From Cyanophora paradoxa CCMP329 (Eukaryota; Plantae; Glaucophyta): a stretch of DNA of 64,000 bases. Made by a program: the position numbers and the translations under genes. Where the stretch lies: assembly GCA_004431415.1 (NCBI GenBank), contig QPMI01000629.1, positions 62,001 through 126,000 on the forward strand. The letters are read 5' to 3'. This document shows, in pieces, positions 13,763 through 26,310 of this stretch; position 1 is the stretch's first letter, and every line of letters begins with the position of its first letter. The notes under the pieces are model-generated. The model did not search any database. It saw only the letters and a program-made list of their open reading frames with translations, and was not told where the DNA came from.

Positions 13763-14116
13763 TAGCTATAGCCGGCTTGGCCGCCGGCCAGTGCCCTAGC
13801 TATAGGCATGATCAAGCGATGATCATGAATCGCTCGGATTCGCAATGTTCGATCGCCGGTTCAAGGGTGGCAATTTAACACTCAATGGCCATTGGCCATC
13901 AATTGCCCATCATGGAAGGACCATTAAATTTCAAGTCGGTAGCTATAGCCGGCTTGGCCGCCGGCCAGTGCCCTAGCTATAGGCATGATCAAGCGATGAT
14001 CATGAATCGCTCGGATTCGCAATGTTCGATCGCCGGTTCAAGGGTGGCAATTTAACACTCAATGGCCATTGGCCATCAATTGCCCATCATGGAAGGACCA
14101 TTAAATTTCAAGTCGG
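13763..14116. repeat. Near-perfect 177-bp tandem duplication containing a hAT-like end (ggccagtgcccta)
   Basis: Units start at 13763 and 13940. The gtgcccta end is the reverse complement of tagggcactggcc at 7991. Confidence 0.85.
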
Positions 14117-15239
14117 CTCAAGTCAAGCCTGGCAAGCCAAGCCCGGGGCGCTCGCGGCCAAGCCAAGCCAAGCCGGCCGGCCGGCCCGGACAAGCGCTTT
14201 GCCACTTGCCGCGCCCGGGTCAAGCGCTTGGCCCGGCTTGAGGCAAGCCGAAGGGGGGGTACGGTTTCACAGGCCCTACGCGCCGCATGCGCAGCTGCAG
14301 CGAATTCGCGCATGCGCATGCGCATGCATATATATGATCATGATCAGCTTCGAATTCGAAAGCCTTTGAAGAAACACGCCGTGCCGCGCGCGCGGCGCCG
14401 GCGCACCGTGGCACCTGCAGGTGCTCCGATCCATCACCTACGGCTGCGCCGCAACTACCGTAGTACGGCTGCGCCGACGCGACAGAGCTATGTACCCCCC
14501 CCACACACACGGTTCAGGCCGGTTTAATATACGGTAAATATTTAGCACTCAGCCCTAGTGGTATTAGGTCGTGCTACGACCTCCCGGATTTCCGGGTTCG
14601 GTTCCTGCTGTTTCCGCTTCGTTGTACTTCGGATCCTCGTGATTCCCGATACCGTGACTTGTATCCTCGTTGTGTACGTATACTACGAGTGGGTACGCCC
14701 ACCGTAGATCTTAAAAAACAAAAACTTTGGTACTAAAAAGATCCAGTATACTAAATATTTCCCGATCTACAGTAGGCTAGCCTATATATAGTAGTTCGAA
14801 CTTGCCAGTTGACTCGGAAGTTGTTCGGGAACTTGGGAACTCGGAAGTTGCCCGCCCGGCCGCGGGCCGCCGGGGCGGCCGCGGGGCCCGGGCCGGGGGC
14901 TGCACATGCTGCACCGTAGCCAGAGGGTCCGTAGCTCAGCTATATCATAGTATATCAAAGTATAGACCGTCGGACTGCAGCTGTATAGGCAGTGGTAGGC
15001 AGTGCCGCAGTACTAGTGGTAGGCACTAGTACTGGCCCAGTGGTAGGCAGTACTGCCGCAGCAGTTGGCAACTTGGCACAGCGCGAAACCCCCCGCGCGT
15101 GTTACCGTATCGCGTAGTACGACGCGTACCGGCGCCAGCCGCTTAGCGGATTCGCAGCAGCCTGGCAGCAGCGGCAGCCGCTGAGCAGGCGCACACGCAT
15201 CCGAGGATCCGATCGCGAGGATCCATGTACACCCCAAAA

Positions 15240-18200
15240 ATGCCGCGGCCGGCTGTCTATGTCTTCGTGGTTGCAGCCGTGTTGCTGGCAGCCATCGACT
15301 GGGCGGACGCGCGCCCCAGCTTCCCGCCCGTCGCAAGCCTCCCCTTCCACTCGCCCGATGCGGGCTTCGTTGCGATTGACGAAGACGCGGCCGGGGTTTC
15401 ATCCGTGGGTGGAGTCGGATCCAAGTCCGGTCCATCGATTGCGCCACGAACATTCGACCCAATGGACCCCCGACGCCCAGACCCCCGCCTTTCGCGTGCG
15501 CACCTGCTCACATTTACAACGAGCCCTTACAATGATGCATGCCCTCAAATATCTAGCAGCTGCCTCCCGTACGCGTGTACATGTGATCATTTTTTATGCA
15601 CGCGCGCGCAGAATCATCCCCCAAAAAAGAAAGTGCACCTGGAAGCACAAGCCCTCCACGAGTGCTCTTCTCGGCCCGTGGGCAAAAACTTCGGAATAAC
15701 TTCAACGAAAGCGGGATGCGCTTCATCTATGATGTGCAGGTTCCCGAGGACAGCATCCTTCTCGATTACGAGTTCTCAGTCGACAGCATTGAGTGTGCCA
15801 TACTCCAGCGCTTCGAAGTTCCCTCAAACGACGCGGCGGTGAGCTAAATTTAGCAAACATCCGTGCTTCTCCTCTCTCACCACGCGCACCTGCCAGCCCG
15901 AGTTCAAGAACAAGACCACGACTCTTTTCTCGGCATCCCTTGTGATCCACTTCGTTGAAGGCTACGCCTTCAATGCGTCCGATTGGCGCGTCGGTGTGCT
16001 GTTGAGCGGTGGTCCGGAATGGGGCTGCATCGCCGACGAGGATGGCGATGGGGTCCCGGAGCTCCCCATGAGCATCCTCCATAACATTACGGAATCCGTT
16101 TTCGACCCGGTTCGTCTCTTCCTTTCGTGTTCTTCGTCTTCTTGGTTCTTTGTATTTCGGTTGAGTATTTTCAACAGACTGGAAACAAGCTCCTCGTTCA
16201 GGCTCAACCTATCCACCCAAGCCATGCTTCAATGGTCTCAGCCCGTCCAGAGGGGGCCGGGCTTGCGGTTATTTCTGCAGCTGAACGCGAAAATCACCGA
16301 ATCATCGATCGCAGGCATTCTACAGGCAGCAAAAGACGGAGCTCGATTTCGATCTCTCCTCACCTCCACCCGCAACTGAGGAGGCCCGGATGCGGCACCT
16401 GCGGCAGAAGTTCAGGTGCGCATGCGCTGTCCAAAATTAAAGCAGCCGCCCGAAAGCACACGTCGACCATGCATGTGCGCAGGCGCGGGCTGCGGGTTTC
16501 GGACTCCTGGGGTCAAGACCTTCTAAATTTCAACTACGATTCAGTCAACAAACGGGCCAAAACCTCGGAACTGAACGTTGACCTTGGTTGCTCGGGACTT
16601 TCGGTGGTTTGCAGGGAGTGCTTCATGTGGGCAGGGTGGAGACTTCACTACGAAGTCGACTACTGTGCGTCGACGTCACACACCATGATCATGATCATGA
16701 TCATGATCACACCGCACGGCCTTTGTTGATGCTTTCGAATTCTCGCCAGCTGTCACGGGTCTCGACGTGTGGGCTTACGGTTCGCTGTACGGGGGCGTCG
16801 ATTCAAATTTTGACGTCGAAGTTCAACTGAGAAACCCGTCCTGTGCGAAGACTCTGTTCCTTAGCTCGTGAGCTCCGATTGATCATGATGAGCGCCTGAT
16901 GAGCTTGAGCTTGCGCCTGCTGATCATGAGCTCGACTGTCTGTTACAATCAGATTCTCAAAGTCATGGGAAATTTACTCCTTTTCAATACTAGGAATAGG
17001 AATCTCAGTGCGTTTTAAATTTGGAAACAGGTAACGCTGCAATTTACGCCGATGCTTCACTACGAAATCAGCGGCACCATCGACGCTCGTGCTAGAACTG
17101 GAGCGTACGCGAAGGTCCGTCTTGTCCGATCGCAAAGCAGCGCGAAACGGATCACAAAGCCGGCACTGATTATGACAACCGATATCGATCGCGATTTCAA
17201 TTGATTAGGCCACCGCCGATTTTGCAGCCAAAATCAGCTATCAGGTGCACAAGTTTCAATTCGAATTCTGCACAATTGCCATGACCATGACATGCGTATG
17301 ACATGCTGCAGAATGGATTTCAAACGACTAAGGATCTGGTTGGCCCCACATGGGGCACTTATCCACTGCGGTACGGAGTTAGCGGCCCTCTGGGTGAGCC
17401 TGCATCGCGGTCTCTGTCGGCTTCAAAAAGCGCCAAAGCGTTTAAAATCATGCACCCCAGAGGCTTCAATGATTCTCGGAATTGGAATGCGGGCCACAGT
17501 TTCAGTGGGTATCGTGTACTTGCGGGCCACCCTGCTTGAGAAGGCGAAAGTTGACGTTCAGGTGAGATCTCATTCTTCGCAATGCATCTCCCGGTAGGAA
17601 CCCACACTCACAAATTAAAATCAAACCAGGGGACACAAAATGCGATCGGATCAACGGACATCACCGGCCAAATCCGGCTGGCTCCGGACCTGACGATCAG
17701 TGCAGGCTACAGAGCATTTTCGGTCACTATTGGTATCTGGCCGTTAGCAAAAACAATTGGCCTCGGTGGAAACGACTGGAGCTGGAATGTCCTCACGGCG
17801 ACCTTTGGGAGCGCACCGGATGCAACGTTTTCCCTGAAAGGTGTGCATGTGCACAAAGGACTGATTTGAATTCGGCGTGCGCATGCATATGCATCAAACT
17901 AATCGAGGCGCTACCAGCCCCAACGGTTGAACAACCGGCAGCATTGCCGACCGCAAGCAACCCGGGGAAAGTGACCCGTCCTCTCGATTCGTCTCCAAGT
18001 CAGAAATGGTCGGCCCCGGTCATTATCAACCTTGTACTGGACGCCGCGAACAGCGCAATCATGTCGATTGTTCAGGCCAGCTCGACCAACACAACCAAGC
18101 TTCCAGAGAACGGCGTCACTTTCTTGAGTTTGCACGCTTGCGTTTGTGCCATCAAAAACATTATCATATTTTGCATTTATATATCATCTGACAGATCTGG

Positions 18201-19912
18201 CTGGTTGGACGGCGGAGCAAATCAGCCGCATCAATTTCAACGACGAGAGCACACTCACCATACCACCTGCAGCTGCAGCAAAGCGGCATCTTGCGGCGGC
18301 TGCAGCGACCACGTCTGCAGTGGCCGTCAGCGTTGACACGTCCGCTGCGCTGGGCGTCGTCGGCGTGTCCGTCTTGGCACAGGATTCCAACTATCTCAAG
18401 ACCGTCCTTCCCCTCGCCTTCAACATTCAGCCGGCCCCGACGCCGTCACCGACCCCATCGCCCTCGCCCTCGCCCTCGCTCTCGCCGTCTCCGTCACCCA
18501 GCCCATCTCCCAGCAGCACGCCGACACTGAGCCCTTCGCCATCCGCAAGCCCTTCTCCCACGACCAGCCCCACGCCAACACCAGAAGCAGACGAAGCTGC
18601 AGCCGGTGTCAGCGGAAATGATAATATTAGTGGAGGCGGTGCCGACGGCAGCGGGGGCAGTGCCGATGGCAGCGGGGGCAGTGCTGGGGACGCCAACAAC
18701 GGGCAGCCCACGGCTGCGGCTCCGATGCCAAGCCCCGCGGCTCAAACTCCATCCTCGCTGCCTCTCCGAGTTCAAGTCAAGACGACGATTGTCGAGACGT
18801 ATCTGTCCGTGAAAATGGACAGCCTCGAAAAATGCTTCGCCCTAACTTCTACGGAGCGGATCGCCGAGGTCAGCCTTCCCAGACAACATAAATTCACCGA
18901 CAAACATTAAAATTATGTTCAGATCCAGTCGAGCATCGCTGGCCAATTGCGCACCCAAACCTCCTGCGACAGCAGCCAGATTGAGGTATGATGCATCTGT
19001 ACCTAGCACGATATCGATCGATCGTCCTAATTTTATAATGAGGTGGCTCTCAAATTTCCTTTCGTAGGTGGGGACTCCAAAGTGCACATCGTCCACTCAG
19101 CGTCGCGCAATGCGAGAGGCTGCAAGCCTCGTCATCTCTCTTCGAATCTACGACAACCTCGCGGCCCAAGCGGGGACGTCGACGTCTTCGAGCTCAGCAA
19201 ACGCAAAGTCCGTCTCGGCCATGGACATCATAACCGCTGTCCAAGCGATGGCCGAGCCAACGGCAGCTACCCCGCTGGTTGTCGCTGGCTACCGCGTTTC
19301 GTCCGTGGCTCCCCCCACCGTCAAGGAAAACCAGATCGCGACCGTTTCTTTTTCTCCCGGCGTGCGCATACATATATATAAAAACTGTTGCATCTGAAGA
19401 AGAGTTTAAATTTACACTTCTCGGGCGCAGCAACCTGCATCCGTGGCCGTCGATTCTGCAGCTACAGCCGCAGCGGCCGCGGGTGGCTCTGATTCGGGCA
19501 GCGCTGCAGCAGGTGTCGGTTCCAGCTCAGGGTCCACGGCGCCGACTGGGTCCGGAGCGGCTGCGGCTGCTTCCAGTTCGGGAGCCGGCCAGCCATCTGC
19601 ATCGAGTTCAGGCGGATCCGGATCATTCCCCGTCGCGGCCATTGGCGCAGGTCAAGTCCACTCGCGAACTTCGGAAGCAGCTGCCTTCCAATTGCTGCCG
19701 CCTGATTTTTTGCCTCGCGCGCAGTCGCTGGAGCGTTGATTGCAGTTGGGGTTGCCGTGGTTGTGGCGATCGTCATTGTCAAGCGGAAGCGGCGCGCAGC
19801 CGCTGTCGTTCATCCTGTTCAAGTTGTCGTGCATCCTGTTGTCGTTCCAGCAGCCGAATCGGTGCCGGCGGCAGCAGTTGCTCCAGCGCGCGACGCAAAT
19901 GTGCACGTGTGA
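15240..19912 (+). CDS. Multi-exon type I membrane/cell-surface protein with Ser-Pro repeat and Gly/Ser/Ala-rich stalk
   Basis: The N-terminus MPRPAVYVFVVAAVLLAAIDWADA is signal-peptide-like, and many gcgcag/gtgag splice sites follow. Internal exons include FIYDVQVPEDSILLD and LLNFNYDSVNKRAK..VVCRECF, with a (PS)n tract at 18430-18580. The last intron (ggcgcag|gtcaag...gcgcgcag|tcgct) gives a TM helix VAGALIAVGVAVVVAIVIV followed by KRKRR and TGA at 19910-19912. Internal exon borders are not fully resolved. Confidence 0.75.
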
Positions 19913-20824
19913 TTCAAAAATCAGCAGTTAACGTTGACATTATTCTAGCATTGATATATCAAGTCTGACATTGTGCACAATTTCAGCCCCGACATCATTC
20001 TGAAATCATCTTTATCCGACTGGACGTTATTCTCGCAATAATATCAATCTGACATCAGAATATTAATATTGTTGACGTCTTAATATATGCAGTACTGCGC
20101 CCGTGCCACCACACTTGCTGCCACCCGCGCTAGCGCTGCCACGCTTGCTTCCGATCCGCCCCTGCAAAAGAGGAGCACAGCGGCAAGCCACGATCAAGCA
20201 CGCGGCCAGCCAGCCAGGCGTTCCAAGTAAGGCCGAGGCGGAGCGGAGGCGCTAACGTTTAACATAAGGCCGAGGCCGGGTGGGGTTGAGCGGGGAAGAA
20301 GGCAGGGAAGCAGCAGGTCGCGGGCGTGGAGGCGGCGGGAGGTGATCATGAGGCCGGCGGCGTCGAGGTCGCGGGCGGAGAGGCCATGGCCAGGGCCGGC
20401 GATCGCGAGGCCGGGGGATAGGAGGCCGCGGGCATGGTTCCGGGCGCAGCAGCCGCGGCCGCAGGCGGAGTCATGCTGGGACTGGAGGGCGGAGCAGCAC
20501 GTGTACGAAGAGTCCAGTGACACACGTTTGAATCACACTCGGGGTCATATTTACTTTCCATAGTCTTCACTCTTCGCAGAGGTGTTTGAGTTTCTTCGTG
20601 CGCGATGTACGCCTGGGACCCCGGCGGCCGTATTCCGATCCGCCAATTACCCCCCCACCCCCCCACCCCTCCCCCTCTCCACTCCCCCTAGCCTTTCTCC
20701 CTCCCCCCGCCCCAGGTCTTAGGCATCCGGATGATCCGCGGCGAAAAGCAATGATCCGGATGATCCGCGACGATGTTTAATTTTTATATATATATATATA
20801 TATTGGCCCCCCCCCCCAAATTTT

Positions 20825-23800
20825 CAGGCGAAGCCTCTTTCAGGCGAAGCCTCTTTCTCAAACCCAAAAACCAACGAGCCAAATTCCTTTTTTAACCTTT
20901 TTTTCCACTCGAGATCCCCCCTGCTAAATAATTTCCATGTCGCACCTCCTCGAGGACGAATTATTAATTCTGCCTCGACACGGACGCGATTGCCGCAAAT
21001 AACACACCTACTCTAACCCCCACAGACCTCTCTAGATCCATTTTTAGCGTCCTGGCTCCCCTAAGACGACCGCTCTCCCGTGGGCGTCGCGCGAAAATCG
21101 AATTCCCCTCTGGATCAATTCCGGTACTTAACCTCCGACAAATGCAATCCGAATCAGAAGGTGGGACCCGGTCCCGCCCGGTCCCGCGACGGAACGCGCC
21201 AGGAACACCCCAGAGCGATACAAAATGACGCGCGAGCGCGAGCGCATCGCCGCAAGCTCGATTTCGGGCGCCCTCGACGCTCCAGTGCGACGAGTCGGCC
21301 GAAAATTTGATCCGGCCGGTTCCGGCCGGTCCCGCGACGCGCACGATCGAGGTGTACTGGCGCGCATAGACATAGCAGGGCCTGCGCACCCCCGAAATCC
21401 GCTTTTCGGAGGCCGAACAGCGCAGGAAGGCTCCCGGCAGCAAAAATTCGATCCTGCACGGCCCCGGACATCTTTCCGCGCGTCCACGCCGCGGCGCATG
21501 CGCGGACCGATAGCATAAGCATTTAAGATGTAGAAGAAGCATTCCGCACGCTTTGCAGATGCGCCGGGCCGCGAGGACCCAGCCGACCCCGAAAATTCGA
21601 TCCTTCACTGACCTGCACGTCTTTCCGCGCGCCCTCGCATCCTCACGCATGAGAATCGCTACAATATTCATTTTAGATTTTATCAAAGCCTTCCACAAGC
21701 TTCGAAGACGCGAAAGAGCACCAGAACCCAGCCGGCGGCAAAAATTCGATCCTGCACGGGCCCGGACATCTTTCCGCGCGCCCACGCCGCGGCGCATGCG
21801 CGGAACAATAGCATAAGCATTTGAGATGTAGACAAAGCATTCCGCACGCTTTACAGATGTGCCGGGCCGCGAGGACCCAGCCGACCCAGAAAATTCGATC
21901 CTCTTCAGACCTGAACAACTTTCCGCACGCCCTCGCACCCTCGCGCATGCGCATCGCTACAATATTCATCTAAGATCTTTTAAAAGCCTTTCGCAAGCTC
22001 TGCGGACGCGACAGGGCGCGGCAATCCAGCCGACGCAAAAATTCGATCCTGGCCACGCCTGCACATCTTTCCGCGCGCCCTCGCCTCCGCAGCCCTGCAC
22101 ATCGATGCTATATGCGTTCGAGATTCTGTTTAAGCGATTCGCAAGCTCTGTGCATGCGCCTGGCCGCGAGAACCTCGCCCCTCCCGGCCGCGGGCCTCCT
22201 TCCCAACAATATTATATAATTAATCTCCTCTCAATCTGCTCCACCCTTTATTTCCTCAGTACATTAATATTCCTCTAGCCGGCCAGCCCTAGCTGGACTG
22301 GCCGTCAGCCAGCCAGCTTCCACCCAGAAAGCTGTTCGCGATCGGCCAGGCCGCTGGCCAGTCGCTGAGTGCCCTATATATATAGCCTAGTAGGCCTACT
22401 GTAACAGCCGCGAGGGCGTCCGCGAGGCTTCGCCGTACTTAGTGCTCCGCAGGAGCACGGATCTTGTCTCAAACCCAAAAACCGCCGATATAAATTCCTT
22501 TTTTTACCTTTTTTTCCACTCAAGATCCCCCCTGCTAAATAATTTCCGCGTCGCACTCCCTCGAGGACGAATTATTAATTCTGCCTCGACACGGACGCGA
22601 TTGCTGCTGGTAACACAGCTCCCCGAACCCCCACAGACCTCTCTAGATCCATTTTTAACGTCGTGGCTCCCCTAAGACGACCGCTCGCCCGTGGGCGTCG
22701 CGCGAAAATCGAATTTCCCTCTGGATCAATTCCGGTACTTAACCTTCAGGCGAAGCCTCTTTCAGGCGAAGCCTCTTTCTCAAACCCAAAAAGAAACGTG
22801 CCAAATTCCTTTCTTATCCTTTTTTTCCACTCGAGATCCCCCCTACTAAATAATTTCCATGTCGCACCTCCTCGAGGACGAATTATTAATTCTGCCTCGA
22901 CACGGACGTGACCTGGTGGAGACAACACAGCTCCCCGAACCTCTACAAACCTCTCTAGATCCATTTTTAGCGCCCTGGCTCCCCTAACACGACCGCTCTC
23001 CCGTGGGCGTCGCGCGAATTTCGAATTTCCCTCTGGATCAATTCCGGTACTTAACCTCCGACAAATGCAGTCCGAGTCAGAAGGTGGGACCCGGTCCCGC
23101 CCGGTCCCGCGACGAAATCGCGCCAGGGGCGCCCCAGAACGATACCGAATGACGCGCGAGGGCGAGCGCATCGCCGCAAGCTCGAATTCGGGCGCCCTCG
23201 ACGCTCCAGTGCGAAGAGTCGGCCGAAAATTTGATCAAGCCGGTCCCGCCCGGTCCCGCGACGCGCGCAATCGATGCGTACTGGCGGACAAAGACATAGC
23301 AGGGCCTGCGCACCCCCGAAATCCGCTTTTCAGAGCCGGAACAGCGCAGGAAGGTGCCGGACGGCAAAAATTTGATCCTGCACGGGCCCGGACATCTTTC
23401 CGCGCGCCCACGCCGCGGCGCATGCGCGGGACAATAGCATAAGCGTTTGAGATGTAGAAGAAGACTTCCGCACGGTCTCTAAATGCACCAGGCCGCGAGG
23501 ACCCAGCCGACCCCGAAAATTCGATCCTGTACGGACCCGAACATCTTTCCGCGCGCCCTCGCATTCTCGCGCATGCGCATCGCTACAATATTCATTTGAG
23601 ATTTTATCAAAGCCTTCCACAAGCTTCGAAGACGCGAAAGAGCACGAGAACCCAGCCGATGGCAAAAATTCGATCCTGCACGGACCCGGACATCTTTCCG
23701 CGCACCCACGCCGCGGCGTATGCGCGGAACAATAGCATAAGCATTTGAGATGTAGAGCAAGCGTTTCGCACGCTTTACAGATGTGCCGGGCCGCGAGGAC

Positions 23801-26015
23801 CCAGCCGACCCCGAAAATTCGATCCTGGACGGACCTGAACATCTTTCCGCACGCCCTCGCATCCTCACGCATGCGCATCGCTACAATATTCATCTAAGAT
23901 CTTTTAAAAGCCTTTCGCAAGCTCTGCGGACACGACAGGGCGCGGCAATCCAGCCGACGCAAAAATTCGATCCTGGCCACGCCTGCACATCTTTAATTTC
24001 CGCGCGCCCTCGCCTCCGCAGCCCTGCACATCGATGCTATATGCGTTCGAGATTCTGTTTAAGCGATTCGCAAGCTCTGTGCATGCGCCTGGCCGCGAGA
24101 ACCTCGTCCCTCCCGGGCCTCCTTCCCAACAATATTATATAATTAATCTCCTCTCAATCTGCTCCATGGCCATTGGCCACCCTTTATTTCCTCAGTACGT
24201 ATACATTAATATTCCTCTAGCCGGCCAGCCCTAGCTGGACTGGCCGTCAGCCAGCCAGCTTCCAGCCAGAAAGCTGTTCGCGATCGGCCAGGCCGCTGGC
24301 CAGTCGCTGAGTGCCCTATAGGCCTACTGTAACAGCCGCGAGGGCGTCCGCGAGGCTTCGCCGTACTTAGTGCTCCGCAGGAGCACGGATCTTGTCTCAA
24401 ACCCAAAAACCGCCGATATAAATTCCTTTTTTAACCTTTTTTTCCACTCGAGATCCCCCCTGCTAAATAATTTCCGTATCGCACTCCCTCGAGGCAGAAT
24501 TATTAATTCTCCCTCGACACGGACGCGATTGCTGGTAGTCACACAGCCACCCGAACCCCCACACACCTCTCTAGATCCATTTTTAGCGTCCCGGCTCCCC
24601 TAAGACGACCGCTCGCCCGTGGGCGTCGCGCGAATTCTTTTTTTTATTTCCCTCTGGATCAATTCCGGTACTTAACCTCCGACAAACGCAGTCCGAGTCA
24701 GAAGGTGGGACCCGGTCCCGCCCGGTCCCGCGACGAAATCGCGCCAGGGACGCCCCAGAACGATACAGAATGACGCGCGAGGGCGAGCGCATCACCGCAA
24801 GGTCGATTTCGGGCGCCGTCGACGCTCCAGTGCGAAGAGTCGGCCGAAATTTTGATCCGGCCGGTTCCGGCCGGTCCCGCGACGCGCGCAATCGATGCGT
24901 ACTGGCGCGCATAGACATAGCAGGGCCTGCGCACCCCCGAAATCCGCTTTTCGGAGGCCGAACAGTGCAGGAAGCTTTAAGGTACCGGACATCAAACATT
25001 CGATCCTGCACAGGCCCGGACATCTTTCCGCGCGCCCACGCCGCGGCGCATGCGCGGAGCAACAGGATAAGCATTTGACATGTAGAAGAAGACTTCCGCA
25101 CGGTTTGCAGATGCGCCGGGCCGCGAGGACCCAGCCGACCCCGAAAATTCGATCCTCCACGGACCTGCACATCTTAAGCTTTCCGCGCGCCCTCGCATCC
25201 TCGCGCATGCGCATCGCTACAATATGCATTTGAGATTCTATCGAAGCCTTCCACAAGCTTCGAAGACGCGAAAGTGCACGAGAACCCAGCCGACGGCAAA
25301 AATTCGATCCTGCACGGACCCGGACATCTTTCCGCGCGCCCACGCTGCGGCGCATGCGCGGAACAATAGCATAAGCATCTGAGATGTAGATCAAGCGTTT
25401 CGCAAGCTTTACAGATGTGCCGGGCCGCGAGGACCCAGCCGACCCCGAATTCGCGAAAATTCGATCCTCGTCAGACCTGAACAACTTTCCGCGCGCCCTC
25501 GCATCCTCGCGTGTGTGCATCCCCACAATAGTAATTTGAGATCTTTGTTAAGCTTTTCGCGACCCCCGAGGACGCGACACGGCGCGAGAATCCAACCGAC
25601 CCTGAAAATTCGATCCTGCATGGACCTGCACACCGGTACCTTTCCGCGCGCCCTCACCTCCGCAGCCCTGCACATCGATGCTATATGCGTTCGAAATTCT
25701 GTTTAAGCGATTCGCAATCTCTGTGCATGCGCATGCGCCTGGCCGCGAGAACCTCGCCCCTCCCGGGCCTCCTTCCCAACAATATTATATAATTAATCTC
25801 CTCTCAATCTGCTCCACCCTTTATTTCCTCAGTACATTAATATTCCTCTAGCCAGCCAGCGCTAGCTGGACTGGCCGTCAGCCAGCCAGCTTCCAGCCAG
25901 AAACCTGTTCGCAATCGGCCAGACCGCTGGCCAGTCACTGAGTGCCCTACTAAGTATAGGCCTACTGTGACAGCCGCGAGGGCGTCCGCGAGGCTTCGCC
26001 GTACTTAGTGCTCCG
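20825..26015. repeat. Three diverged ~1.6-kb composite units (plus a partial head at 22467) with internal 149-bp subrepeats, each ending in a hAT-like terminus
   Basis: Heads tctcaaacccaaaaa at ~20856, 22467, 22778 and 24395. aaaattcgatcc at 21443, 21592, 21741, 21890 and 22038. Units end in ...gagtgcccta...gcttcgccgtacttagtgctccgc. Confidence 0.9.
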
Positions 26016-26310
26016 CGAGGCTTCCCACTGGGCCAGGTGCCCGTCCGAATTTATCCTGAGGGCACCTACCCGGCAACCCTCCCCTCAACGCTGCCCCCAC
26101 CGTCCCCACACCGTGCCCTATCGGTGCCCGCTCGGTGATTGGTCGGTGTCGCCTACTTCCCTCTCATATATTGGTCGGTGTCCCCTACTTCCCCCGGTGT
26201 CGGTGTGAGGGGCCTGTGTAAATTGAAACAAGGAAATCGAATATTTTTTTCGTTGCAACTAGCCCGGCGAAGGTGGGAACCATGTCATCCGGTACCCGGT
26301 CTAGAGCGCG

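Larger units (their letters stand above)
10687..14772. mobile_element. Inverted termini flanked by TA (Tc1/mariner-like non-autonomous element, or two inverted MITE copies)
   Basis: TA|ctgtagatcgggaaatatttagta at 10685 and tactaaatatttcccgatctacag|TA ending at 14774. Inverted similarity continues inward (10750-10810 vs 14490-14556). Confidence 0.55.

Noticed and set aside
7991-13976. One large hAT element between tagggcactggcc (7991) and ggccagtgcccta (13798/13975)
   Set aside because: There is no matching 8-bp TSD and no transposase; these are more likely independent fragments.
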